From a virus (lineage: Duplodnaviria; Caudoviricetes), in IMG/VR virus record IMGVR_UViG_2936345690_000002: a stretch of DNA of 64,000 nt. One strand, written 5' to 3'. The position numbers and the translations under genes were made by a program. The notes under the pieces are model-generated. The model was not told the DNA's origin and did not search any database. It worked only from the letters and a program-made list of their open reading frames with translations. Below are positions 37,572 through 46,909 of this stretch, in pieces. Numbering within the stretch: the first letter of the stretch is position 1; every line of letters begins with the position of its first letter.

Positions 37572-37931
37572 TTATGCGGCTTGTAGCGCGGCCAATTGCT
37601 TTTCCCGCTCCGCGATTTCTTCGGTGAGTCGAGCGATTTCGCGTTGTCGCTTCTCTTCCGCCTCCCGCTCCAGTCGCTCCTTGCGGGCTTCTTCCGTTTC
37701 GCTCGGTACGGCTGAGAAAAATCGCTGGCCTTTCCCCGAAATCGGCTGGACGGTGTTGTAATCGAATCCCATCTTCTCACCGAGCGCCGCCCATGCGCGA
37801 TTGGCATTCTCCTGCGGCGAACTGCTCATGGGCTGCCCGCCAGACAGGTACATCGCGGGTGTTGGCCTGCAAGCTTCAAGCAGTGTCTTCAGGTCTTCCT
37901 CAGTCATCTCGTATTCGGTTCTTGGGTACAT
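37572..37931 (-). CDS. Hypothetical protein
   Basis: AAGGA RBS; ANRAW..LGEKMGFD. Confidence 0.65.
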   Translation of the reverse strand: MYPRTEYEMTEEDLKTLLEACRPTPAMYLSGGQPMSSSPQENANRAWAALGEKMGFDYNTVQPISGKGQRFFSAVPSETEEARKERLEREAEEKRQREIARLTEEIAEREKQLAALQAA

Positions 37932-38030
37932 AGCGGTTCCTTCCATTGCATATGCATTACGGTTAAATGATTTTCCAATTCTCGGCGATTCGTCAGAAAC
38001 AGGGCGGCGCTCTCACGCCGCCCCGATTCG

Positions 38031-39947
38031 TTACGCCGCTTCCGCCACGGCCTTGGCTTCTTCCGCACCGAACGCCATGCCTTCGGGGAGCCACTGTCGC
38101 AGCGCTTCCACCTGCTCCGGCGTTTTGCCGTGCGTCTGCGGTTCGGCAAACGCTTCGTTCAGTTGCGTCACCAGCGCCGCCCGTTTCGAGTTCCGGCGGT
38201 GCGATACCCACAGGGCACCGAGGACGCGCTCGCCGACCTCGAGCAACTGCCCGATCTTGATGCGGCCAAAGAAGTTGGCGGCAGTCGGTCGCCAGTATGC
38301 GGCCACGTTCACCCCGGTCTGAGCCAGTGCGGCATCGTAGACCGTCCGCTGCTTGCCAGCGCCGGGAGCGAGCTTCGGCTGGAGCGTCATCGCCGTGCAG
38401 TAGGCCAGAATCCGGTGCTTGTCGGCCTCGTCCAGCCGCTGGAAGGCGGCGAGCTGGGCGGCTTCGGTCTTCTCCCGCAGCCACGCCAGCGGCAGGGCTT
38501 CGCGGATGGCTTCCAGTCGTGCGGCGGCGGCGGTCTGCTCGCCTCCGCTGGGGCGTGGGTAGCTCTGGTTGAAGCTGACGTTCGCCCCGTCAAACCCGCC
38601 CTGGCTGGTCAGCACCTTCCGGGCGGCGGTCACCACCAGCAGGTCGAAGGCGATGGCCGGGTTTTCGGCGATGGCGACCTGAGCCACCTGCGTCCGGTAG
38701 GCTTTCAGGTCGTCGATCAGCGCCTGCGAGAGGGCGGGCTTGGCCGGGGCGGATTCTTCGCTGTCTTCCTCGTCGCTGCTGGCCTGAGCGGTGGCGGCGG
38801 CTTTCTTGTCCTCCGGCTTCACCAGCCCTTTGTCGATGCTGAGCCTGCCGCCCCAGACCACTCTGACGAAGCATCCGGCCAGCTTCTTCTGCTCGGGGTC
38901 GAAGTCGGTGAATGATTCCAGCTTCTCCTCGACAGCTTCTCGTTTCTCTTCCGCCAAGCGGCACTGCTCATAAAGGGATTCCAGCTCGTCATCGTCTTCG
39001 GTCGCGTCAATCGCGTCCTCGATCCGCTGTTCCTCAGCCTTTGCCGCTTCCAGTTCGGCCATCAGGTCGGCGGGAGCATCCAGCGGCACGGGCTGAATCC
39101 GGCCAAATTTCGAGAGCGTCGAGTAATCGCCCTCGAAATCCGCCTCCACCCATCCCCAGCCATCGGCGCGGAGCTTTTCGGCTTCCGCTTCCAGCTTTTC
39201 CCCGGCCAGGCGGTGCAGCAGCGTCATGTCCTCCAGATACACGTCCTCCCCGAACAGGTCAGACCTCGTCTTGCCGCCAGCGGCTTGATAGGCTTCCAGC
39301 CCGACAAATGCGGTCAGCTTGCTGTCGGCCTTCGCCATCTTGTCGGTCAGCAGCGAGCGAATTTCGCTGGCGTGGTGAATCTGCCAGCCATTCTTCACCT
39401 GCTTGTAAACCTTCAGCTGCCGCTTGCGGTCATCCGTGATGGTGAAGGCTTCCAGCACCTCCAGCTTCAGCTTCCCCTCCCGGTACTCTTCCAGCAGTTC
39501 CGGCGCGACACGCCCCAGCTTGAGCCGCTGGAGCACATGCTTCTCCGTCTTGCCGAACCGCTGCCCGATCTGTTCGGCGGTTTCGCTCTTCTCCACCAGC
39601 GCGGCGAAGGCTTCAAATTCGTCCGCCGGATGCATCGCCAGCCGCACCATGTTCTCGGCGAGGCTCATTTCCTGTGCCTGTTCCTCGGTAACGATCAGGC
39701 AGGGCACCGCGTGGTCTTCCGGCAGCTGGCCTTCCGCGATCAGGGCTTGCAGCGCCTCCAGTCGGCGGCTGCCAGCGCTGACGAAATACTTGCCCTTCTT
39801 GCCGGGGTAGGCGGTCAGGTTCTGCATCAGGCCGTGGGCGAGGATGCTTGCTTTCATTTCGTCCAGCGGGGACTTGCTGCTGCTGCCACGCCTCACGTTC
39901 AAGGGGGACTTGCTAAGTTTCTTTACTTCGATGGTTTGTGCAGTCAT
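38031..39947 (-). CDS. Large ParB/RepB/Spo0J-family protein (plasmid leading-region type)
   Basis: SPLNVR, ASILAHGLMQNL, AGSRRL, SLAEN.VR..MHPADE, HTH, LEAY.AAGG...DLF, YWRPTAANFF.R. Confidence 0.9.
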   Translation of the reverse strand: MTAQTIEVKKLSKSPLNVRRGSSSKSPLDEMKASILAHGLMQNLTAYPGKKGKYFVSAGSRRLEALQALIAEGQLPEDHAVPCLIVTEEQAQEMSLAENMVRLAMHPADEFEAFAALVEKSETAEQIGQRFGKTEKHVLQRLKLGRVAPELLEEYREGKLKLEVLEAFTITDDRKRQLKVYKQVKNGWQIHHASEIRSLLTDKMAKADSKLTAFVGLEAYQAAGGKTRSDLFGEDVYLEDMTLLHRLAGEKLEAEAEKLRADGWGWVEADFEGDYSTLSKFGRIQPVPLDAPADLMAELEAAKAEEQRIEDAIDATEDDDELESLYEQCRLAEEKREAVEEKLESFTDFDPEQKKLAGCFVRVVWGGRLSIDKGLVKPEDKKAAATAQASSDEEDSEESAPAKPALSQALIDDLKAYRTQVAQVAIAENPAIAFDLLVVTAARKVLTSQGGFDGANVSFNQSYPRPSGGEQTAAAARLEAIREALPLAWLREKTEAAQLAAFQRLDEADKHRILAYCTAMTLQPKLAPGAGKQRTVYDAALAQTGVNVAAYWRPTAANFFGRIKIGQLLEVGERVLGALWVSHRRNSKRAALVTQLNEAFAEPQTHGKTPEQVEALRQWLPEGMAFGAEEAKAVAEAA

Positions 39948-40143
39948 ACTGTGGTTCCTTATCCGTATGGTTAATGAGAGGCCGGGTTGCAGCCCCGGCC
40001 TTTAGTTTTTGGCGCTTCCTCTCCGCTTTCTTGCGACAGGCTTCCGAGCAATACGCCTTGCTGCGACGCTGAAACTCCATTTCAGTCCCGCATTCCATGC
40101 ACCGCATTACGAGCGGCTGATTACACGCTTTGCATATCCTCAT
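39913..40143 (-). CDS. Small zinc-finger protein
   Basis: CKAC, CMECG, YCSEACR. Confidence 0.55.
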   Translation of the reverse strand: MRICKACNQPLVMRCMECGTEMEFQRRSKAYCSEACRKKAERKRQKLKAGAATRPLINHTDKEPQYDCTNHRSKET

Positions 40144-40237
40144 TCGTCCGTCTTAGCACGGCTTAGCGTGACTGTCCACGAAAGAATTAAGGGTAAGCGA
40201 GCCGAAGGCGAGCGCCGCGATTTTCCCGCCGCCCCAG

Positions 40238-40408
40238 TCAGTTGCCCGACTGTTCCGCCCTCTCCTTTGCCCGTTCCTCCTCGTACAGCCGATAGGCAAG
40301 CTGCCGCACCTGCTCCGAATCCGGCGGGAAGTCTCCCGTTTCCCGCCAGATGGTCACATACGCCACGAGGGCGCAGTTGTGGAACAGGTCGTTTAGAATG
40401 TCGTCCAT
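40238..40408 (-). CDS. Small hypothetical protein
   Basis: PPDSEQVRQLAYRLYE. Confidence 0.5.
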   Translation of the reverse strand: MDDILNDLFHNCALVAYVTIWRETGDFPPDSEQVRQLAYRLYEEERAKERAEQSGN

Positions 40409-40412
40409 GGCC

Positions 40413-40580
40413 TTACCCCGTTGATTCCTGCCCCAGCCGGTACGCCTCCATGAGCGCCTGTTTGACGCTCCAGCAAGCAACGCTGTGGAAGTCCAGCGAA
40501 TCCGCGTTGCGAGCCTCCAGCGATGCTATGCCAAGATGCTTTGTCGCGATTGCGGTAAGCTGTGCGTGTAAATCGTCCAT
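40413..40580 (-). CDS. DUF6900-like small protein (55 aa)
   Basis: Manual translation ...HLGIASLEARNADSLDFHSVACWSVKQALMEAY; not in the ORF track. Confidence 0.65.
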   Translation of the reverse strand: MDDLHAQLTAIATKHLGIASLEARNADSLDFHSVACWSVKQALMEAYRLGQESTG

Positions 40581-40630
40581 GGCGTTTCCCTTTCAAGGTG
40601 GGCGGCGCTTTCACGCCGCCCGGTTGGAGG

Positions 40631-41389
40631 TTAATTACTCTGGCTTTCGGCTACCGCCTCCGGCTTCTCAAACACCACGCAGGTATCGTGTAGGCCGGGA
40701 ATAAACGCCGTGTTGTACCGCCTGCGGCTGCTGGTCGAGCCGTGCGAGAACCGGATAATGTCGGTCACGCGCTGCTCATATCCCAGCGAGAAAGCCGCCT
40801 GCTTTGTCAGATAGGTAAGCGGCAGGAATCCAAGCTCGCGGTCGTTGTAGTCGCCGATTAGCACGGCCAGTTTCCCACCCGGTGACAGGCGGTGCCAAAT
40901 CGCCTGCATGGCTTCTTTGAGCTTTTCCACGAAGTCGGTCAGCGTTGGCTGCGCGGACAAATCACGCGGGTCATTGCTGTAGGCAATCATGCGCCAGTAA
41001 GGCGGATGAATCCAAGCGAAGTCGAATACCTCACCCTCCGTGGCAGTTTCCAGTTCTTCCGCGTTGCAGGCATCCAAACCGGTGCGGAGGTCGCCGGAAT
41101 AGCACGGGATTCCGAGGCTGCGGCATACATCCCCGGCAGTACCCGAGCCGCTCATAACATCCAGCACGCTTTCCGGCTGGAAATACAGAATCAGGTCGCG
41201 AATCAGGTTGCCGCTGCAATTTCCGCGATAGTTGCGGTTGCCGTAAATTCCGGCATCGGCGTTGTGGTAGAGGCTGGTAAGCCACGGCACGGGGCTCTCG
41301 TTCCGGGGCGGTTGCGGAAGCTGGACGTACCGGGGGGCGCGGTAGGACTGGCGGAAGGCTTCTAAGTGTGCGTTAGTTGTCATTTGCAT
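40631..41389 (-). CDS. Orphan amino-DNA methyltransferase
   Basis: YRGNCSG, DVMSGSGT SAM motif, HPPY catalytic motif. Confidence 0.85.
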   Translation of the reverse strand: MQMTTNAHLEAFRQSYRAPRYVQLPQPPRNESPVPWLTSLYHNADAGIYGNRNYRGNCSGNLIRDLILYFQPESVLDVMSGSGTAGDVCRSLGIPCYSGDLRTGLDACNAEELETATEGEVFDFAWIHPPYWRMIAYSNDPRDLSAQPTLTDFVEKLKEAMQAIWHRLSPGGKLAVLIGDYNDRELGFLPLTYLTKQAAFSLGYEQRVTDIIRFSHGSTSSRRRYNTAFIPGLHDTCVVFEKPEAVAESQSN

Positions 41390-41411
41390 CTTTCCTTATC
41401 TTAGTTGATTT

Positions 41412-41613
41412 GGGTTTCAGCGGGGGGCTTGCTTTGAAGCCCGCCGCTGAAACCCTGGCTCGCGCCGAGCAGCGGGGGTGGGAGCGGAAAGGCCTGAGCA
41501 CGGTGAGGGGTATCTCCCGGCTTTGTCGCTCGCGGCAAAGTTGGGGATACGCCGTGCGAACCGTAGGCGAGCGCAGCGAGGGCCTTGAAGCGGAGAGGGG
41601 GCAGGAGCCCCCT
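41412..41613. promoter_or_regulatory. Structured intergenic element, copy 2
   Basis: GGGTTTCAGCGG/CCGCTGAAACCC, AAGGCC/GGCCTT; shares GCGGAGAGGGGGC with copy 1. Confidence 0.5.
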
Positions 41614-41850
41614 GAACGCTTGCATGGGAACTGGGCGTGGCCTGTTGGCCACGCGCCGCTTGGGCTATGGCATTGCTTGCGATAGGGATGGAAACCGGAT
41701 GGCCGAGACGCTTCAGCGGCTCGGTGCGCAGCATGACAGCCCGGCCCGAAGGGATCGCCGTGAAACCGCCGGTGAAAGACTTCCCGCCACCGGTGCCGCT
41801 CCGGCTGGCCATCGCCCCGGCCGCCATTAGAATAGCGCCGGAGGTGCCCC

Positions 41851-42525
41851 ATGCCGCTGAGCGATGCCGAGCTGGCCCTGATCGCTGCTATCCACGCTGA
41901 TCCGCGAAACGACGCCCCGCGGCTGGCCTATGCCGACTGGCTGGAAGCGAACGGCCTGGGCGACGAAGCCAAATTCATCCGCGTCCAGTGCGAGCAGCCG
42001 TATTTCTCGCTCATCACGCGGGATGGGATTCGGCCTGCCACGGATTCCGGGCGGATCAAGTTTGAAGACCCCGAGCGGATGGAGCAGGCGATTGAGCTGC
42101 TGGGCCGCATCTACCCCTCAGAGCGGTACCCGGAGACCCGCTATTACGATGAGTACCGCCGTGGCCTGCCGCTCTACGAGGAAAAACTGAACGACGGGAA
42201 CCTGCGGTACAGCGCGGCACAGATCAGAGCCGACATGTCGCCGCTGGTGCGGTATCGGCTCCATCTGGAGACTTCCAGGCTAGCCGACTGGCTGAACCAT
42301 CCAATCATGCAGTTCGTGGATGTGCTCCGGATTTCACCCGGCTGGGAAGATGACGATGACGTCGAAGATATCCGCGCCGATGATCTGCGGGCACTGGCCG
42401 CCTCCCCACTGATCGACCGCCTGGAGAAGCTGGGCCTGGGCGTCGACATGGCACCGGACGCGGTAGAGCTTGCCCGCTCCCTCGAGCGTCGCGTGGAAGT
42501 GGAGTACGGAGACTGGACGATTTAA
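41851..42525 (+). CDS. TIGR02996 domain-containing protein
   Basis: ALIAAIHADP.NDAPRLAYADWLE..G...AKFIRVQCE. Confidence 0.85.
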   Translation: MPLSDAELALIAAIHADPRNDAPRLAYADWLEANGLGDEAKFIRVQCEQPYFSLITRDGIRPATDSGRIKFEDPERMEQAIELLGRIYPSERYPETRYYDEYRRGLPLYEEKLNDGNLRYSAAQIRADMSPLVRYRLHLETSRLADWLNHPIMQFVDVLRISPGWEDDDDVEDIRADDLRALAASPLIDRLEKLGLGVDMAPDAVELARSLERRVEVEYGDWTI

Positions 42526-42911
42526 CTACCGCCAGTTCTCCCCACTCGGATCGTCAGGCAGGCTCGTCGTTTCTGGCGGGAGCGACGGCTTCCTTCGAGT
42601 CAGCGGGCGTGCGGGGCAGTGCCGCAGGCACCGGAGCGGGAGCGAAGCCCGGGAGCACTCGACGGCGCCAGACGGGACGCTAGGGCACTCACCGGTGGAC
42701 ATCCAAACACAGGCCGGTTATCTTCCGCGATCAGAGAATCTGGTGTGACCGGGTGCTGCATCCGCCATGGCGGTTGATGGAACCGGATGTACGAGCCGGA
42801 GGTGGAAATCCTGGGTAAAGCGGTAAAGTAGGCGATGTGAGGCGACCGAGCTAGAGCAGAGAAACTGATGGCGTAAGGCTTGAGGCAGTCAGTGTTTTTG
42901 GTGGATGGGCA

Positions 42912-44573
42912 ATGGCCAAGCAATCCCGTCAGAGATCGGCCCAGTCTGATAGGATCAAAGCGGCTCCTTACGCTGCCGACGATCTGCCAGCAGAGTCTGC
43001 GCGAATTGCAGACAAAGATACATCGAGCGCCTCGCCGGATGGATCAACCCGATCTGCAAAAGACTTCCTATATCAGAATTTTTCAGAATCAGAGCTGGTG
43101 CTGGGCTTGGTTGCGGCGGTCGGCACCGACCTCAAGAGCGTGATCGGAACGATTGAAGATCGTTTGAAAATATTTGGATACACGACCATTGTAATCAAGA
43201 TCTCCAAGGACGTCATTCCACGCGTTGCCAAGATCAAACCCCTTAACGAGGGGAGTGCTGGCTACGTCCGCACTGACGCCTTGATGACTGCCGGAGATGA
43301 TGCCCGAAAACTATCGGATGATTCGTCGATCCTGGCACTGGGGGTAGCAGCCAGAATCGCGTCTGATCGCAATTATGAAGGCAGCGATATTACGCAGGGC
43401 CTTAAGCCCAAATTTGCCTACATTGTGGATTCCCTGAAGCACCCCTCCGAAGTGACTCGCCTGCGGGAGATTTACCCGGAATCGTTCTATCTCGTTGGAG
43501 TACACGCTGACGAAAATCGCAGGAGGGAGGTGTTGACTGAAGAGAAGAGAATGACGGAAGACGAAGCTACCCGCTTGATGCAGCGGGATGAGGACGAACA
43601 GCTGTCATATGGGCAGCGGACGAGCGACACATTCCATATGTCGGACTTCTTTGTTCGGTTCGACGAAAGCGCGGACAAGCTGAAGCAGGATCTTTGGCGA
43701 TTCCTCGACATTATTTTTGGTAACCCGTACATTACGCCGCTGTTCGATGAGTTTGCCATGTTCATGGCATTCTCGGCAGCGCTGCGCTCAGCAGATTTGT
43801 CCAGACAGGTCGGGGCGGTGCTTGCGAAGAATGAGGAACTCTTGTCAACCGGAGCTAACGATTGCCCCCGGTTTGGGGGTGGGCTTTATTGGCCATACTA
43901 CGATGCTCCCAGTCGACGCTACGCAGACGTTCCTGGAGGCAGGGATTACACCCTTGGCGTCGACTCCAATAAGGCTGAGCAGCAAGACATCATCGAAAGC
44001 ATTTTAAAGGACTCTAGCAATCATGTTAAAGACCTAGATGCGTTTCGAGCGGTGCTGAGGAGCAGCCGAATCGGTGATCTTACTGAGTACGGCCGCGTCG
44101 TGCACGCCGAAATGGAGGCGATGCTGTCCTGTGCGCGGAACAATATCAGTTGCCGTGATGCCACGCTTTATGGGACGACCTTCCCATGTCATAATTGCGC
44201 CAAGCATATAATTGCGGCAGGCATTAAGAGAGTCGTTTACGTCGAGCCCTATCCAAAGAGCAAGGCCGTTGATTTCCACAGAGATTCGCTTGTGCTCGGA
44301 TTCTCCGAACGCGAACAAGCAGTCCGCTTTGAACCATTCGTCGGCGTAGGCCCTAGAAGGTTTTTCGACCTCTTCTCCATGGGCCTAAGCTCCGGATATC
44401 CGGTGGTGAGGAAGGACAAGCGAACAGGTAAGGTCATTGATTGGAAACCAGAGACAGCGAGGCTCAGGCTTCAACTGATGCCGCTGTCATATCTCCAACT
44501 TGAAACCTTGGCCGGATCACTATTCACGGATTTCCTGATCGAGAAGGAGGGCACGGATGGCCAGCCAAAATGA
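42912..44573 (+). CDS. P-loop kinase-dCTP deaminase, anti-phage (AvcD-like)
   Basis: ELVLGLVAAVGTD, DSLKHPSEV, RSADLSRQVGA, VHAE, PCHNC. Confidence 0.9.
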   Translation: MAKQSRQRSAQSDRIKAAPYAADDLPAESARIADKDTSSASPDGSTRSAKDFLYQNFSESELVLGLVAAVGTDLKSVIGTIEDRLKIFGYTTIVIKISKDVIPRVAKIKPLNEGSAGYVRTDALMTAGDDARKLSDDSSILALGVAARIASDRNYEGSDITQGLKPKFAYIVDSLKHPSEVTRLREIYPESFYLVGVHADENRRREVLTEEKRMTEDEATRLMQRDEDEQLSYGQRTSDTFHMSDFFVRFDESADKLKQDLWRFLDIIFGNPYITPLFDEFAMFMAFSAALRSADLSRQVGAVLAKNEELLSTGANDCPRFGGGLYWPYYDAPSRRYADVPGGRDYTLGVDSNKAEQQDIIESILKDSSNHVKDLDAFRAVLRSSRIGDLTEYGRVVHAEMEAMLSCARNNISCRDATLYGTTFPCHNCAKHIIAAGIKRVVYVEPYPKSKAVDFHRDSLVLGFSEREQAVRFEPFVGVGPRRFFDLFSMGLSSGYPVVRKDKRTGKVIDWKPETARLRLQLMPLSYLQLETLAGSLFTDFLIEKEGTDGQPK

Positions 44574-44760
44574 ATCGTCCCCCTCGCAAGAGGAAGATCG
44601 CTTCCTGATCTACTTGCAGTGGGCCCGAGAGGAGGTTCGTTCCTGGCCGGAATGGAAACAGAACCTACTTGGATGGCACTACAGCAAGAAGCGGGCGCGC
44701 GAGGCCGGGGAGCGTGAACAGAGCGACAAATCAGATTATGGGCCAGGTCGCAAAGCCTAG
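44557..44760 (+). CDS. Small protein coupled to the deaminase
   Basis: GGAGG RBS; EVRSWPEWKQ. Confidence 0.55.
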   Translation: MASQNESSPSQEEDRFLIYLQWAREEVRSWPEWKQNLLGWHYSKKRAREAGEREQSDKSDYGPGRKA

Positions 44761-45007
44761 GAGGAGTGTCCGTTTACGATACGTTTAATCCCGGCTGCCA
44801 ACCACCACTCCCGGCACACGAAACACGGGCGGCGAGCCGATGGCGCCGCCGCCCGGGCGGCCAGCTACTCGGCTCGGTCGTTACTGAGGGCGCGGCTGGG
44901 GATGAGCGTGGCCGCGCATCTACCTCGCTCTGGTCGAAAGCACTGATGCGGTGCCAGCATCCGACACCAGAACCCGAGGCAGCCCCGCACCAGTAGCTGC
45001 TTCTAGC

Positions 45008-45832
45008 TCAGCGGAAAGCATTCTTATCCCCGGCCTCGAACGCCCGGAATCGCTCCTCCGCCTTCTGAGCGAAATCACTCGTCAGGTCCTGCACCTTCCC
45101 ATGCTGGACCCGGTCCAGATCGCGTAGCTCGATGAGTGATTCCTGTCTCCCGTCCCGGTTGATCAGGATGCCGCCGAAGAAGAACGCGGGGCTGCCGAAG
45201 TGTGTGTTCGCCAGGAGCCGCAGGAAGGCATCCTTCGTTTCCTGGTAGATGGCTTCTGTCATCACGACGAAACGCCTCGGGTCACCCACATCCCCCGCGC
45301 CGAGGATGGCGTCTTTGTGCCTTAGGACGATTTGCCGGATCGTCTCCTGCTGGTAATCGTCTACCGGGTAATCGCAGGGCTCCTTGTGGGTAATCGTTCC
45401 TGCCTCTAGAGCTTTGAGCGCCGCCGCCGCTGCGCCGCAACAATCGCTCGGCGTAGATTGGCCAGGCCGGACCACCTTGCCGACCTGCCCGTCGCTGGTG
45501 ATGCCGACATGCGGGCCGAAAAACATCAGCGCTGCGCCGGGCTCAGGGATATGGTGGGAGAACGCGCCAAGCCCGGTCATGCCCGCGAACGGGAAGCCAT
45601 TGAGGCCGCCCTGGACGAACGGGCCAACCATATCGGTCCGGGGCAGCCCGACACTGTTGAGGTCGTCGCTGCAAATGCTGGTCAGGAAGGCGACTTGCTC
45701 CGGGCTGATGCCGTACTCGCGATTTGCATAAGCTAAAAATGCATTGATGTAGTAGCTGGATTCAACCGCCCTGGGATAGTAGGAGCTCACGTTGCTGCCA
45801 GCGCGGATATCGAGCACGGCGCGGTCCTCCAT
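45008..45832 (-). CDS. LCIB/LCIC-like beta-carbonic anhydrase
   Basis: CSDD, GGLNGFPFAGMTG..AFSHHIP, GPHVGI, RPGQ...CCGA. Confidence 0.75.
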   Translation of the reverse strand: MEDRAVLDIRAGSNVSSYYPRAVESSYYINAFLAYANREYGISPEQVAFLTSICSDDLNSVGLPRTDMVGPFVQGGLNGFPFAGMTGLGAFSHHIPEPGAALMFFGPHVGITSDGQVGKVVRPGQSTPSDCCGAAAAALKALEAGTITHKEPCDYPVDDYQQETIRQIVLRHKDAILGAGDVGDPRRFVVMTEAIYQETKDAFLRLLANTHFGSPAFFFGGILINRDGRQESLIELRDLDRVQHGKVQDLTSDFAQKAEERFRAFEAGDKNAFR

Positions 45833-45956
45833 AAATGGCACGGGGGGAATCCGAGCCTATTCTCACCGTGCCGTGGGCGGCATGCAACCGTCCTTTCGGA
45901 TCTCGCGTAAGCCATTTGTGGAAAACAAGATGGGACTGCGGCGGCACGGCCCGCGG

Positions 45957-46238
45957 CTAGAACGGCAACTCGTCCGGGTCACTGAGCACAGGCAGCTCGT
46001 GGCACACGATCTTCTCGCCGGCGGCCAGGCGGCGGGCCTGCTCCCGTTCCACGAAGCTCTCGATCTGCTGTTCGTGCCGCCGCAGCCCTAGGTAATCACG
46101 ATAGCCCTGCCGGTCGCCGTTCCAGTGCCGGGCGACGGTTGTGGCGAAGCCTTTGGCGCCGATTTCGGCCATGTGTTTCGAGCCATGGCGCTCAAACGTG
46201 GTGCGCCCGCCCTTGCTTCCTGCTGCGCTGCGGTCCAT
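45957..46238 (-). CDS. KGG/GsiB-like small protein
   Basis: GSKGGRTT..HG..HMAEIGAKG. Confidence 0.55.
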   Translation of the reverse strand: MDRSAAGSKGGRTTFERHGSKHMAEIGAKGFATTVARHWNGDRQGYRDYLGLRRHEQQIESFVEREQARRLAAGEKIVCHELPVLSDPDELPF

Positions 46239-46426
46239 CCGGCACGGATAGCACGGTCAAGCGTGCAGCGCAAGAATCGCTTGCGCTTTCCGGCAGGCTT
46301 GCTATGGTCGCCGGATGCGAACACTCACCACCTTTCACACAATTAGCCCTTCAGCGCTGCGGATGCCCGAGTGTTCGCAAAATTCTTGTCGCGTCCGCAG
46401 CGCTGAGCGGCTGAGAGTGAGGTAAT

Positions 46427-46909
46427 GTGCTTGAGATTCCGAAATCCCCCAATGACGAAACCCGGCTGCAAGCCGCCATTATCACAGCCCAAACGCTGAT
46501 CGACGAAGAGGGGCTTAGCGGCAAAGTGGAAGAGCTTGCCGCCGACATCGTAAGGCATTGCCGATCTGGCGACGGCTACAGCATGGCGAAGGATCTAGAA
46601 AAGCACGGATGGGATTGCGACACGGCTATCGCGGAGATCCTGGATAGCCACCAGCACACGCTCGCTCGCGCCCATGAAGACTTTCTTCGGGGTTTCCAAC
46701 AGACGCATAACGTGCAGCCGCCTATCCCCGTGGGAACGTGCGTGAAGACCCGCCGCGGCACGGGCGTTATCGCCGAGGTCTACCCGCATCGGCCAATGAG
46801 CTACGCCATCAAGCAGGATGGTGATGCGCAGGCGGAAGAACCGACGAATCGCCGAATCCTCCTCTACTGGGACGAAGTTGAAGCGCTGCCGCTCAGCGGG
46901 GCCGCATGA
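46427..46909 (+). CDS. Hypothetical phage protein
   Basis: DGYSMAKDLE..GW; start uncertain. Confidence 0.6.
   Translation: MLEIPKSPNDETRLQAAIITAQTLIDEEGLSGKVEELAADIVRHCRSGDGYSMAKDLEKHGWDCDTAIAEILDSHQHTLARAHEDFLRGFQQTHNVQPPIPVGTCVKTRRGTGVIAEVYPHRPMSYAIKQDGDAQAEEPTNRRILLYWDEVEALPLSGAA

Noticed and set aside
32876-40621. Post-stop hairpins as integron attC sites
   Set aside because: They are too short and lack the distal GTTRRRY box in gene orientation; I could not identify the integrase as IntI.
40631-41389. Methyltransferase as part of a restriction-modification system
   Set aside because: No adjacent endonuclease; the context fits an orphan protective methylase.
42720-42900. Group II intron, retron or DGR component
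   Set aside because: No reverse transcriptase in the window, no domain V motif, and no TR/VR pair seen.
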